Source: an uncultured virus (IMG/VR IMGVR_UViG_3300005290_000006) (Duplodnaviria > Heunggongvirae > Uroviricota > Caudoviricetes). From it: DNA of 64,000 nucleotides. Shown here in pieces: positions 47,781 through 56,144 of the stretch. Position numbers and translations under genes: made by a program. The DNA lies in the IMG/VR virus record IMGVR_UViG_3300005290_000006, positions 1 through 64,000 of that record. One strand, given 5' to 3'. The notes under the pieces were generated by a model. It ran no database searches. It worked only from the letters and a program-made list of their open reading frames with translations, and was not told the DNA's origin. Position 1 is the stretch's first letter. Every line of letters begins with the position of its first letter.

Positions 47781-47995
47781 CCTCGAGTTGTTTTCCAACT
47801 GAAGGAGACTAATCATATACCGGTAATTTGCGTCTTGGTTCTTTGGCTAGTACCAAGGGGTTTTGTACCCGGTAGCCCTTCAAGGCAATTAGTTCTTTTA
47901 ATTGAGAACAACCCTCTGGTGTGTCGCTCTGAAGAGCACCAGGGGGACCTTTCTTTAAAGGTTAGCTAATCCTCTGTACGGGGATAAAGGGGCAA
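47778..47995 (+). ncRNA. Candidate multi-branched structured RNA upstream of the phuZ promoter
   Basis: Closing stem TTGCCTC/GGGGCAA enclosing at least seven further helices. Confidence 0.4.
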
Positions 47996-48000
47996 GAGAA

Positions 48001-48017
48001 TCTCACGCCTATATTAC
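48001..48017 (+). promoter_or_regulatory. phiKZ-type early promoter for phuZ
   Basis: TCTCACGCCTATATTAC. Confidence 0.8.
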
Positions 48018-48077
48018 TAGTGGGATAACTGATTAAGGTTATTCCAAATTCTTTCCAACATCGAAGAGATAGAACAC

Positions 48078-49088
48078 ATGAAAGCTTCTGATATCACCTA
48101 TTACCTCTGCGGTGGCACCGGCATCAACATCGGTCTCGCTTTGAAGGCCGGTTCTCGCACCCCACAAAACAAAGAAGCAACTTTCATCGGCCTGGATACT
48201 TCTGACGCCAACAGCTCCAGCGACCTCTTCGAAATCGAACGCCTGAAAGTACCAGGTTCCGATAACTCGGACGTTGTCAACACTGTTCGCGGTAGCGGTA
48301 AGAAACGGGATGCTCACTACGAGATCTCCATCCCGTTCGTTGCCCAGGTCATGGCCCGTCGCAAACCAGGTTCCTACGCCGTGGTCGTCACCAGTGACGC
48401 TGGCGGTACCGGCCCAACTCTGGCCACCCAGGTTCTGCGCCACCTGATCAAGCAAGACATCCCGGCCATCCTGGTCGTTGTGTCCGATCACACCTCCACC
48501 ATCGAAATGTCCAACTCCACCGGCGTTCTGCGCGGCTTTGCCAACCAGACCAAGGCTGAGCTGTTGAACGCGCCGATCGCCTTCATCCAGGCCAAGAACA
48601 CCCCGGACCAAACCCGCGGCGAAGTCAACCAACACCTGGTTGAGCGTCTGGATCTGCTGAGCCTGTTCCTCACCGAAAACAACGGTGAAATGGACTACGC
48701 TGACTTCCGTAACTTCGTCTTCTACTCCCGCGTCTCCAAGATCCCACCGGCGTTCTCGGAAATCCGTTTCTACGACCAGGACAGCTACAAACTGCACGAA
48801 GGCAAAATCCCGGTTGCCGTGGCCAGCCTGTTCGACTCCAGCGACAACGTGATCCCGGTCTTCGAAGGCACCACCTACCGCACCACCGGCGTGTTCGCTG
48901 AAGGTGTGACCAAGCCAAAAGGCATGACTCAACTGCACATGGTCCTGGACCACGGTGAAGCTCTGATGAAGCTGGAAAAGCAGATCACCAAGCTGGACGA
49001 CCACAAAGCCGAACAGGCCAACGTGTTCGTGAAGCAGAAAGATCTGGGCGGTGATTCCAACGCTGACGGCATGTGCTTCGATTCGTAA
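48078..49088 (+). CDS. phuZ: Phage tubulin PhuZ
   Basis: CGGTGINIG, RGSGKKR, signature AGGTGP, MDYADFRN motifs and an acidic C-terminal tail. Confidence 0.93.
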   Translation: MKASDITYYLCGGTGINIGLALKAGSRTPQNKEATFIGLDTSDANSSSDLFEIERLKVPGSDNSDVVNTVRGSGKKRDAHYEISIPFVAQVMARRKPGSYAVVVTSDAGGTGPTLATQVLRHLIKQDIPAILVVVSDHTSTIEMSNSTGVLRGFANQTKAELLNAPIAFIQAKNTPDQTRGEVNQHLVERLDLLSLFLTENNGEMDYADFRNFVFYSRVSKIPPAFSEIRFYDQDSYKLHEGKIPVAVASLFDSSDNVIPVFEGTTYRTTGVFAEGVTKPKGMTQLHMVLDHGEALMKLEKQITKLDDHKAEQANVFVKQKDLGGDSNADGMCFDS

Positions 49089-49104
49089 TAACACGGCCTG
49101 AACC

Positions 49105-49150
49105 TAAAGCAGGGAGAGCAGATGCTCTCCCTGCTTTATTAACCTTATGT
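49105..49150 (+). terminator. Intrinsic terminator
   Basis: TAAAGCAGGGAGAGC / GCTCTCCCTGCTTTA perfect stem. Confidence 0.85.
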
Positions 49151-49227
49151 CTGTCTTTATTTGTAGCTTGCTTTATCACTGCCAACACAATAAGTATAGA
49201 CATTGCCGATTCGAAGAGGGCTAGAAC

Positions 49228-49524
49228 GTGTCTAAGAGCTTCGCTATCGACTTAACTCCTTTTGCCCTATGCCGTACCATTGCTGACGGACAAAAGATCT
49301 TACAGAGGGCAATAGGACCTTACGAGGTTTCTCAGGAGTTACTCAGCTTGGGGTATAACAACCTTGATGAGTACGCTGATATATTGCCAACACGTTTTGG
49401 GATCATCCCAGAGCTTCACGAAACATTGGCTAATGCCACGCTGGGTATTCCCACTAGCGCACGCGTCAACATGAAACGCATGGGCGGGAAGTCACAGCGG
49501 TTGTTGTTAATGTTTACCTATTAA
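49228..49524 (+). CDS. Hypothetical protein, 98 aa
   Basis: GTG start after GAGGG; operon context. Confidence 0.65.
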   Translation: MSKSFAIDLTPFALCRTIADGQKILQRAIGPYEVSQELLSLGYNNLDEYADILPTRFGIIPELHETLANATLGIPTSARVNMKRMGGKSQRLLLMFTY

Positions 49525-49539
49525 AGCAAGGGAGCGGAT

Positions 49540-50091
49540 ATGTCAGTGTTTGACGTTAAACAAATGGCCAGAGACTTAGTGTTCGTTGGTGACCATCATG
49601 TTAGCGCCAGGGAAGTCGTAGCCGAACGTTTAATCGAAGCTGCTGTCCAGGTTATCAATTTCCCCAAAGCTCCTCTCAGTGAACTGTTTGAGGGGATGGC
49701 GGAAGTTTACGAACTGGACATGGGGTTGCCGTGCGTCGACCAGATGGTGATGATGGTGGTAGCTCAGATTAAGCAAGGCATGGTGAAAGATGGTTGGGAT
49801 CCACGCATGCGGATCAAGATGGAGCAAAAGAAACTCTCCAGCACCTACAATCGTATTACCATCCAAATGGATCTCGACGCCACCATCCAGGCCGAAGTGA
49901 AAAAGGTACGGAAGGTCCATACTAGAGCAAGACGTCAGGAGATCACAGACGTCGTTTCAGAGAATCCCGATCCGGAGCTGATCAATGAATTCGATCGAAA
50001 GCTTTCTGCTGAATCTCAGCCCCGAACTCCGTTATTATCAGATCGAAGCCCAGGATTTATTAAAGAAGATAAGGGCGGATGTAAGTGGTAG
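49540..50091 (+). CDS. Hypothetical protein, 183 aa
   Basis: GGGAG SD. Confidence 0.7.
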   Translation: MSVFDVKQMARDLVFVGDHHVSAREVVAERLIEAAVQVINFPKAPLSELFEGMAEVYELDMGLPCVDQMVMMVVAQIKQGMVKDGWDPRMRIKMEQKKLSSTYNRITIQMDLDATIQAEVKKVRKVHTRARRQEITDVVSENPDPELINEFDRKLSAESQPRTPLLSDRSPGFIKEDKGGCKW

Positions 50092-50461
50092 CAGTACAGC
50101 GCTGAAAGCTACACCAAAGCAGTACAGTGAAATGGCGGTTGGGTTGCTACAAATGGGGGTGGATTGGTTTGCCGGTACTCAGGGTGTTCACCTTGGGGAA
50201 GCCAAGTTCGCAACAGGACTGGCACGCAAACACATCTTGTACGCAGATCAACTTGAGATACTTCAGGACACTGCCTCGGCGATTTACAGTAAAGTGTATC
50301 CGATCTTGCCGGTCAATGACCTGCGTCACAAGTTTGCCTACCGCTTGCTGCCTTCCATGAATATACTGGTTGGGTTGGACCCACGGGAGTTTGACCATGA
50401 GCCGGATTGTAACAATACCTTTGGGGAAACTCCCGAAGAGCTTTTTGAGGATGGATATTGA
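49985..50461 (+). CDS. Hypothetical protein, 158 aa
   Basis: GGAG SD; overlaps the previous gene by 107 nt. Confidence 0.65.
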   Translation: MNSIESFLLNLSPELRYYQIEAQDLLKKIRADVSGSSTALKATPKQYSEMAVGLLQMGVDWFAGTQGVHLGEAKFATGLARKHILYADQLEILQDTASAIYSKVYPILPVNDLRHKFAYRLLPSMNILVGLDPREFDHEPDCNNTFGETPEELFEDGY

Positions 50462-50798
50462 TCAGAATCAAATGATCGCCATCCTCTCGGGGTTACTCTG
50501 GGTTTGGAAGCTCAACGAGTTTCATGCAGACCTAACCATCGAGTACATCTTTACCGAGTTGGATCTGGATCCCTTGGCGGCCCAGATGTTAATCCTTGAG
50601 GCCGGTCCTTATATGACCGAGCTGGGTAATGTAGTAAGGGCGTACGCGTTGTCCGGTCGATTGATTCGCTGGAACGTAAACCCGTACGTCATTTTACTGG
50701 AGTTAGATGATGACAGCAAAGATGTTTACCCACACAGTGAGGGTGCCGCCGCTGACGGATGTCCAGGAATTAATGGGCCAGTACCACTCCCTTTTTGA
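50451..50798 (+). CDS. Hypothetical protein, 115 aa
   Basis: ATG at 50451 overlaps the end of the previous gene. Confidence 0.6.
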   Translation: MDIDQNQMIAILSGLLWVWKLNEFHADLTIEYIFTELDLDPLAAQMLILEAGPYMTELGNVVRAYALSGRLIRWNVNPYVILLELDDDSKDVYPHSEGAAADGCPGINGPVPLPF

Positions 50799-51006
50799 AG
50801 CACTGGGGGTAACCGTAAACAGCGCTTTCCGTGGCACCCAGGGGTTCACTCATCCGATCCCTGAAGAACAACAAAAGCTTCAGCGGGAATTCTTTGGGAC
50901 AATGCAAATCGTGAAAAGCACTCTGATGCAATTCAAGAAGCTGACGTTGATCAACTCCCGCGCCCAAAACACAACGGTGACCTTCGTCTTCGAATGCAAC
51001 GAGTAG
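50707..51006 (+). CDS. Hypothetical protein, 99 aa
   Basis: GGAG SD; overlaps the previous gene by 92 nt. Confidence 0.6.
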   Translation: MMTAKMFTHTVRVPPLTDVQELMGQYHSLFEALGVTVNSAFRGTQGFTHPIPEEQQKLQREFFGTMQIVKSTLMQFKKLTLINSRAQNTTVTFVFECNE

Positions 51007-51010
51007 TCCT

Positions 51011-51331
51011 ATGAAACTCAAACTTATTGTGCCCGTGGATTACAAAGAACTGGCTGTGCATTTGAATACGTATTACTGTCACGAAGACCATGATAATCCA
51101 CTCCCCACAGCGAAGTTTGAGTTTCATCGGGGGGTGATTGATCGGCATGTCGACGACCTGATGGATGCGGATGCATTTGCTGAAGACACTAAGCTTACTG
51201 AAATCCTGTTGCGAAACCACACCTACGGGATTGTGACCGACATCCTTGTGACCCGCTCTCCAGGTCATGTGGTCAACAGTAGTGGGCATTGTCTCGTTCT
51301 GCCTTTGGTCCTTCTCGAAATTGATTATTAG
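51011..51331 (+). CDS. Hypothetical protein, 106 aa
   Basis: Operon context. Confidence 0.65.
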   Translation: MKLKLIVPVDYKELAVHLNTYYCHEDHDNPLPTAKFEFHRGVIDRHVDDLMDADAFAEDTKLTEILLRNHTYGIVTDILVTRSPGHVVNSSGHCLVLPLVLLEIDY

Positions 51332-51342
51332 GAGTTACCCGC

Positions 51343-51759
51343 ATGCCAGTGATTACCCCCAAGACGGGCGATGTCGTTAGCTTTCAGCTGATGGTCAACG
51401 GCGTCAACGGTGACGAGCGGGTTCAGGTTAAAGTAGTGGTAGGCGACATGAGCTACCAGGCTGCTTTGTCCATGGAACCCCAGCTGAGTCTGAAACACAC
51501 CGCTTTGTTCCCGTACTTCAGCAGCAAGGTTGGTAACGTCGATAACCCCGACGCGTACAACTACATGGCCGTACAGCTGCTCAGCGGCAAGATCGAGGTC
51601 ATTGGTCTCCCATGGATCCAGGAGTCCTCGTATCGCATCGTAGACGGTCGTGTTGCGGATTTGGCTATCACCAACTTCCGTGAAGACTTCCGGGCACCCC
51701 TTATCACCTTCCTGGCGAACCTCGGGGCCACGTACACGCTCACCGTTAAAGATCGGTAA
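51343..51759 (+). CDS. Conserved phiKZ-like hypothetical protein, 138 aa
   Basis: AGGAG SD; IGLPWI motif; directly upstream of the DNA polymerase. Confidence 0.75.
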   Translation: MPVITPKTGDVVSFQLMVNGVNGDERVQVKVVVGDMSYQAALSMEPQLSLKHTALFPYFSSKVGNVDNPDAYNYMAVQLLSGKIEVIGLPWIQESSYRIVDGRVADLAITNFREDFRAPLITFLANLGATYTLTVKDR

Positions 51760-51768
51760 CCAAACAAA

Positions 51769-51816
51769 TACTACGCGTCCTATTACTAGGGCGCGTAGTA
51801 GTCACCTTTTCTTTTT
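51769..51816 (+). terminator. Intrinsic terminator
   Basis: TACTACGCGTCCTA / TAGGGCGCGTAGTA stem followed by T-tracts. Confidence 0.75.
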
Positions 51817-51862
51817 GTCGCGTCTTTATTTTTATAACGGTTAACGGATTAAGTGAGTCGAT

Positions 51863-53941
51863 ATGGGCGCTCAAGCTCTCCACCTTTCACCCTTTACCGA
51901 AGTCAATTATTCGGCAGATCGTAACGTCGTCAGGCATTACCACGAACAAGCGGCGATGTATTTGGCCCTTGTGTACAAGTACGATTACGACTATATCCTG
52001 AACCTGATCAAAACAGTCTTCGTTCCAAATGAGAACGGCTTTAAAGAAGCCAAGTTCAAGGTTTTCCAAAAGAACAAGCATGGAGATCGGGTTCCGATCA
52101 TCCAGCCAGCGCGTGAGTTCTTCCAGACAGTGGAGGACAACAACTGGCATTTGTCCCCATCGTTTGTTGCTTACAAGAACACGATGGAAGAGCAATCGGT
52201 CAACGCCTCAGGTACGGAGATCTTCATTGAGTTCCGTCGTCTGTATAAAGGCAAACGTGGCGAAGTACCGAAAGGCTCTGAAGCTTGGAAAGCGTTTAAC
52301 GAAATCCAGAACGCCCTGAAGATCTTCAACAACGCCCAATCGGGTGGTATGTCGTCTTCGGGTACGCCGTTGTTCAACAAGTCGGGCCACACCTCACTGA
52401 CCAGTACCTGCCGTGCGGTAACCTCGACAGCGAACCTGACCAACGAACGACTGATCACCGGCAACCGTCTCTTGTTGACCTACAACAAGACGATGGAGTA
52501 CTTCATTGCACAGCTGCGGTACGCGGACCGTGACCTGATCCAATCGGTCATCACCGAATACAACATGAGCTATGCAACCATCCCGCAAGTGATGGACATG
52601 GTAATCCGCTGCACGTCCTATTACTGGAACAGCCCGGGTAACCTGCGCGCGATTGAAATGTTCTTGGCGGACTTGGATCCGTTGGAACTGACGATCCTGT
52701 TGTGCTCGATGGACTTGCGTGGTCTGTACACCACCAACAAAGACCTGATGAAACGGTACTTTGCTGAATGGTGCCTGATCCCGGAGATCCCAGAAGGCGC
52801 AGTGGCTGAGGACTTCCCTAAGCCCGCTAACGGCGACTACAAGATTCTCTGCATCACCAAGCTGGGCAAGAAGGCAACACCGCTCCAGATCAACCACCTT
52901 AACCAGTACCACATCAGCCTGGAGAAGAAGTGGGACAGCTTTATTCGTGCATTCCTCAAATCGAAGATTCCGCCGACTGGTTTGTTCGATGTGAAAGAGA
53001 TGGTGCGTGAGTCGGTACTGACTTCCGACACTGACTCCTCGATTTACAGTGTTGACTTGATCATTGACGATTATGCCAGTGATGTCGATACGGGCTTGAT
53101 GTTCAACGGGGTACTGACCTACTTCATTCGTTCGATCGCCGTAGACCAGCATGCACGTCTCAGCAAGAACATGAACGTGGCGCACAAGTACCTGCACCGC
53201 CTGAACATGAAGAACGAATACCTGTTTGGCTCGTATGTAACGACGTCCATGTCGAAGCACTACTTTGCCTTGCAGCTCATGGTGGAAGGTATCCTCAACG
53301 ACCATGCCGACCTGGAACTGAAGGGTGTGCATTTACGTGGCGTGAAGATTGCGCTGCTGGTACGGGACTTCACCACGAAACTCATGCGGAAGATCTTGGA
53401 TGCCCTGTACGGTCGTTCTAAGCTCGATGCGCCTGAGCTGCTGCACGAAGTGGCCAACATCGAACGTGATCTGATCAAGGACATCGAAGAAGGTGGCTGG
53501 GGCTGGTTGACGAAGAACGGGATTAAGGAAGAAGAAAGCTACACCAACCCTGAATCATCGATCTTCTATTACCACGAAATGTGGGAGAAGGTGTTTGCCG
53601 ATAAATACGGTAAAGCACCGGTCCTACCGTACAAGGCCTACAAAGTGAACTTGGCATTGAACAACAAGACCAAGATCAAAGCGTTCTTCGACGAACACCG
53701 GGAGAACCACATTGTGGCTAACCTGGAACAGTACATCAGTGCGCGCAGCAACCTGACCTCGGTTTACATTCCGGTGGACATGATCACTGCGATGGGCGGG
53801 ATCCCGAAAGAGATCATGCCGATTGTGGACGTGCGGTTGCTGATCTCCCAAAACTTGAAGTCGGTGTATGCCATCTTGGAAACCTTGGGTCTGTTCATTA
53901 TGAACTCCAAGACATCCCGTCTGGTGTCTGACGAACATTGA
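51863..53941 (+). CDS. Family-B DNA polymerase, polymerase subunit of the split phiKZ-type enzyme (gp50-like)
   Basis: QNALKIFNNAQSG (motif B-like), TSDTDS (motif C), KHYF and LKGVHL; no exonuclease domain seen. Confidence 0.88.
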   Translation: MGAQALHLSPFTEVNYSADRNVVRHYHEQAAMYLALVYKYDYDYILNLIKTVFVPNENGFKEAKFKVFQKNKHGDRVPIIQPAREFFQTVEDNNWHLSPSFVAYKNTMEEQSVNASGTEIFIEFRRLYKGKRGEVPKGSEAWKAFNEIQNALKIFNNAQSGGMSSSGTPLFNKSGHTSLTSTCRAVTSTANLTNERLITGNRLLLTYNKTMEYFIAQLRYADRDLIQSVITEYNMSYATIPQVMDMVIRCTSYYWNSPGNLRAIEMFLADLDPLELTILLCSMDLRGLYTTNKDLMKRYFAEWCLIPEIPEGAVAEDFPKPANGDYKILCITKLGKKATPLQINHLNQYHISLEKKWDSFIRAFLKSKIPPTGLFDVKEMVRESVLTSDTDSSIYSVDLIIDDYASDVDTGLMFNGVLTYFIRSIAVDQHARLSKNMNVAHKYLHRLNMKNEYLFGSYVTTSMSKHYFALQLMVEGILNDHADLELKGVHLRGVKIALLVRDFTTKLMRKILDALYGRSKLDAPELLHEVANIERDLIKDIEEGGWGWLTKNGIKEEESYTNPESSIFYYHEMWEKVFADKYGKAPVLPYKAYKVNLALNNKTKIKAFFDEHRENHIVANLEQYISARSNLTSVYIPVDMITAMGGIPKEIMPIVDVRLLISQNLKSVYAILETLGLFIMNSKTSRLVSDEH

Positions 53942-53949
53942 GGTTGAGC

Positions 53950-54312
53950 ATGAGAAACAACAAAGTAACTATGCTTCATAACCCCAGAAATGGGGACCAT
54001 CTGTTTCTCCATAAACCGAGTGGATTGCAGTTTGGTGTTGAAGGTAACTCCCCGGATGCTTACTTGGTGGACTGCGTAGCGTTCCCCAACCGCGAAGGCT
54101 TCGATCCGCTCCACCAGCCGGGGCATCTGGACGTACTGGAAGATTTTAAAGTTATCACCCGCTTCAACTTCAGCGAGTTTGTCTTCCACCCATGTTGTCC
54201 CAACCAAATGAACCAGTTACTTGCGTTCATTAAGTCGTGCCCGTGCCTTGAAGAGCCAGAGATTGTTGTGTCCGAATCCTTCTTCAATCACGTGTACGGC
54301 CTCACTAAGTAG
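53950..54312 (+). CDS. Hypothetical protein, 120 aa
   Basis: GAGG SD before ATG 53950. Confidence 0.65.
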   Translation: MRNNKVTMLHNPRNGDHLFLHKPSGLQFGVEGNSPDAYLVDCVAFPNREGFDPLHQPGHLDVLEDFKVITRFNFSEFVFHPCCPNQMNQLLAFIKSCPCLEEPEIVVSESFFNHVYGLTK

Positions 54313-54322
54313 GAGGTGCATC

Positions 54323-54649
54323 GTGTCGACTATTACTGTTGCAAAGTGTGACCGTGGCTACTACGTCAAAGGCAACCAGTCTCCGACCGCTCCAATCCCG
54401 GGTCCTGAGGAGTCCTGGCTGTTACAGGTCACCCCGGCCATCGAAGGAGCCACCGTGCGGTTCGACAACACCGTACCCATGGTGGTGGAAGACGCCCAAG
54501 GCCGGAAGCTGAATGTTCACTACCGCAATGCCGACAACCTGATTACCCTGATCGAAGATATGGCCGAGCCTGGTAAGCAGTTGGACGAGATCGAGATCGA
54601 CGTAGAAAGCGGTTTCTGGTTCCTCACCGCCGGTAACAACCGGGTGTAA
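54323..54649 (+). CDS. Hypothetical protein, 108 aa
   Basis: AGGAGG SD before GTG 54323. Confidence 0.75.
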   Translation: MSTITVAKCDRGYYVKGNQSPTAPIPGPEESWLLQVTPAIEGATVRFDNTVPMVVEDAQGRKLNVHYRNADNLITLIEDMAEPGKQLDEIEIDVESGFWFLTAGNNRV

Positions 54650-54654
54650 TCATG

Positions 54655-54833
54655 CATAACCCATCTCCCAGAGGAGACCCAAGGTCTGCCTCTAGGGAGT
54701 GGGTTTGTTTGGTTATCTCATCTAGAATGGACCGATCCGTCCGCATGAGCGGAGGGAATCTTTCCCACAGAATGGTTAGTAAATAAATAACTACTTCCAA
54801 GCGCCCCTTGTGAGGGCGCCCGGAGGGGTTATG
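54655..54833. ncRNA. Candidate structured element filling a convergent intergenic gap
   Basis: CATAACCC/GGGTTATG closing stem about 170 nt apart, with internal hairpins. Confidence 0.35.
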
Positions 54834-54835
54834 TT

Positions 54836-55927
54836 TCACACGTTGATTTTGTTCAACTCGAAGACCGTATTGGCCAAGTCGGTGAAGTGTTTCCGGGTAA
54901 ACACATCCGGGATACGCTGGTAGTTGTTGACCCGCGTTGGATGGGTTCTGTTGATCACGGTGTTGATGTCTGCGGCTTTGTATCCCTTCTGATTAGCAAT
55001 CGTCAGGTACAGAGCGTACAGCTTCATGATCGCCGGTTCCCAAACCCAGGCAGTCTGTGAGAACAACGCAGCCTTGCCAGCCCGCACGTAGTTGAAGTAC
55101 GGCTGCTTATAGATGCTGAGCAGCTGTGCCATCAAGTGGTTGAGGTCCATGAGGCGGTTATGCGTAAAGCAATGCACCAGGAACTCCACGTACTCGCGCA
55201 GCAGCTTGGTCTCGCTCACGGTAATGAACGTCACTGTGTCGGTCTGGATCAGCTCTGCTAAGGGCTTTCCGTTGACCAGGTGTTCGTATAGCACGTTGAG
55301 TACTGCCAGTTGGTTTTGAATCAGCTGAGCATTTACCAACGGGAAGTGACATACATAAGCGGAGATACCACCGTCGTACTGAGGATCCCGCATGTACTTC
55401 CACCAACCCACCGCCAGCTCCACCAGGTTCAGTCCCATGACGGCAAAGCCGCTCTGGTTCATCGGTTCCATTTGGCGGATTGCATTGTGCTTGTAGCTAT
55501 GCCGGGTGCTGGTGCTGTATAAAGGAACGATGGGGTGCAGGGTGGAGAAGTCAAGTGCCTTCTCCTTGTACACCTTGTCGTTCTCGATCAGACACCAGTG
55601 TTCAATGGTGCCCTCGCGGAAGAAACCCCGCAAGATGGGCGACCCCACGTGATTCAGTGAGGTAATGTTAAACAGCGTGCACAATGAATTAGCACGGAAC
55701 CGTGTGTACTCGACGACGTAATCCAGATCCCACTCAGGGTCAATACTTAACTGTTGGAGCAATCCTACCAGCAAGTGTTCGTTTTCGAGATTGAAGATGT
55801 TCACAGCGACATAGTCGCGAAAGGCCTTGCGGTTATATTCGGTTTGGCGTTGCAGGTTTCCCAAGCTTCCGTAGTTGACTTTAGGGTACACAAAGGAAGA
55901 AGGATTCGGATAAGACAAAGTGAGCAT
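54836..55927 (-). CDS. Conserved phiKZ-like protein divergent from chimallin (gp52-like by synteny), 363 aa
   Basis: Position and orientation in the DNA pol - chimallin - RNAP block. Confidence 0.7.
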   Translation of the reverse strand: MLTLSYPNPSSFVYPKVNYGSLGNLQRQTEYNRKAFRDYVAVNIFNLENEHLLVGLLQQLSIDPEWDLDYVVEYTRFRANSLCTLFNITSLNHVGSPILRGFFREGTIEHWCLIENDKVYKEKALDFSTLHPIVPLYSTSTRHSYKHNAIRQMEPMNQSGFAVMGLNLVELAVGWWKYMRDPQYDGGISAYVCHFPLVNAQLIQNQLAVLNVLYEHLVNGKPLAELIQTDTVTFITVSETKLLREYVEFLVHCFTHNRLMDLNHLMAQLLSIYKQPYFNYVRAGKAALFSQTAWVWEPAIMKLYALYLTIANQKGYKAADINTVINRTHPTRVNNYQRIPDVFTRKHFTDLANTVFELNKINV

Positions 55928-56033
55928 ATATTAAATCCTAATTATGTTCCTATCTTATACACCGTAAAGACTCCTGGAGAAATCCGGGAGGATCGATAGC
56001 GCATTTTGGCGATTTTGAGAAGGGTCTAGAATA

Positions 56034-56050
56034 TTTGAGACCCATATCAT
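56034..56050 (+). promoter_or_regulatory. Probable variant early promoter for chimallin
   Basis: TTTGAGACCCATATCAT, three mismatches from TYTCARRCCTATATYAC. Confidence 0.5.
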
Positions 56051-56144
56051 TAGTTTGTGAATCGCTAGAAGATCTATTAAGAAGTACTGTACCAAAGCGA
56101 TTTAGCAATACCCCACTAATTCTTCAGAGCAACGGAGTAACACC

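Noticed and set aside
47598..47936. CTGAAGA motifs resembling a hammerhead ribozyme core
   Set aside because: No correctly placed stem II-GAAA-stem III or cleavage triplet could be assembled.
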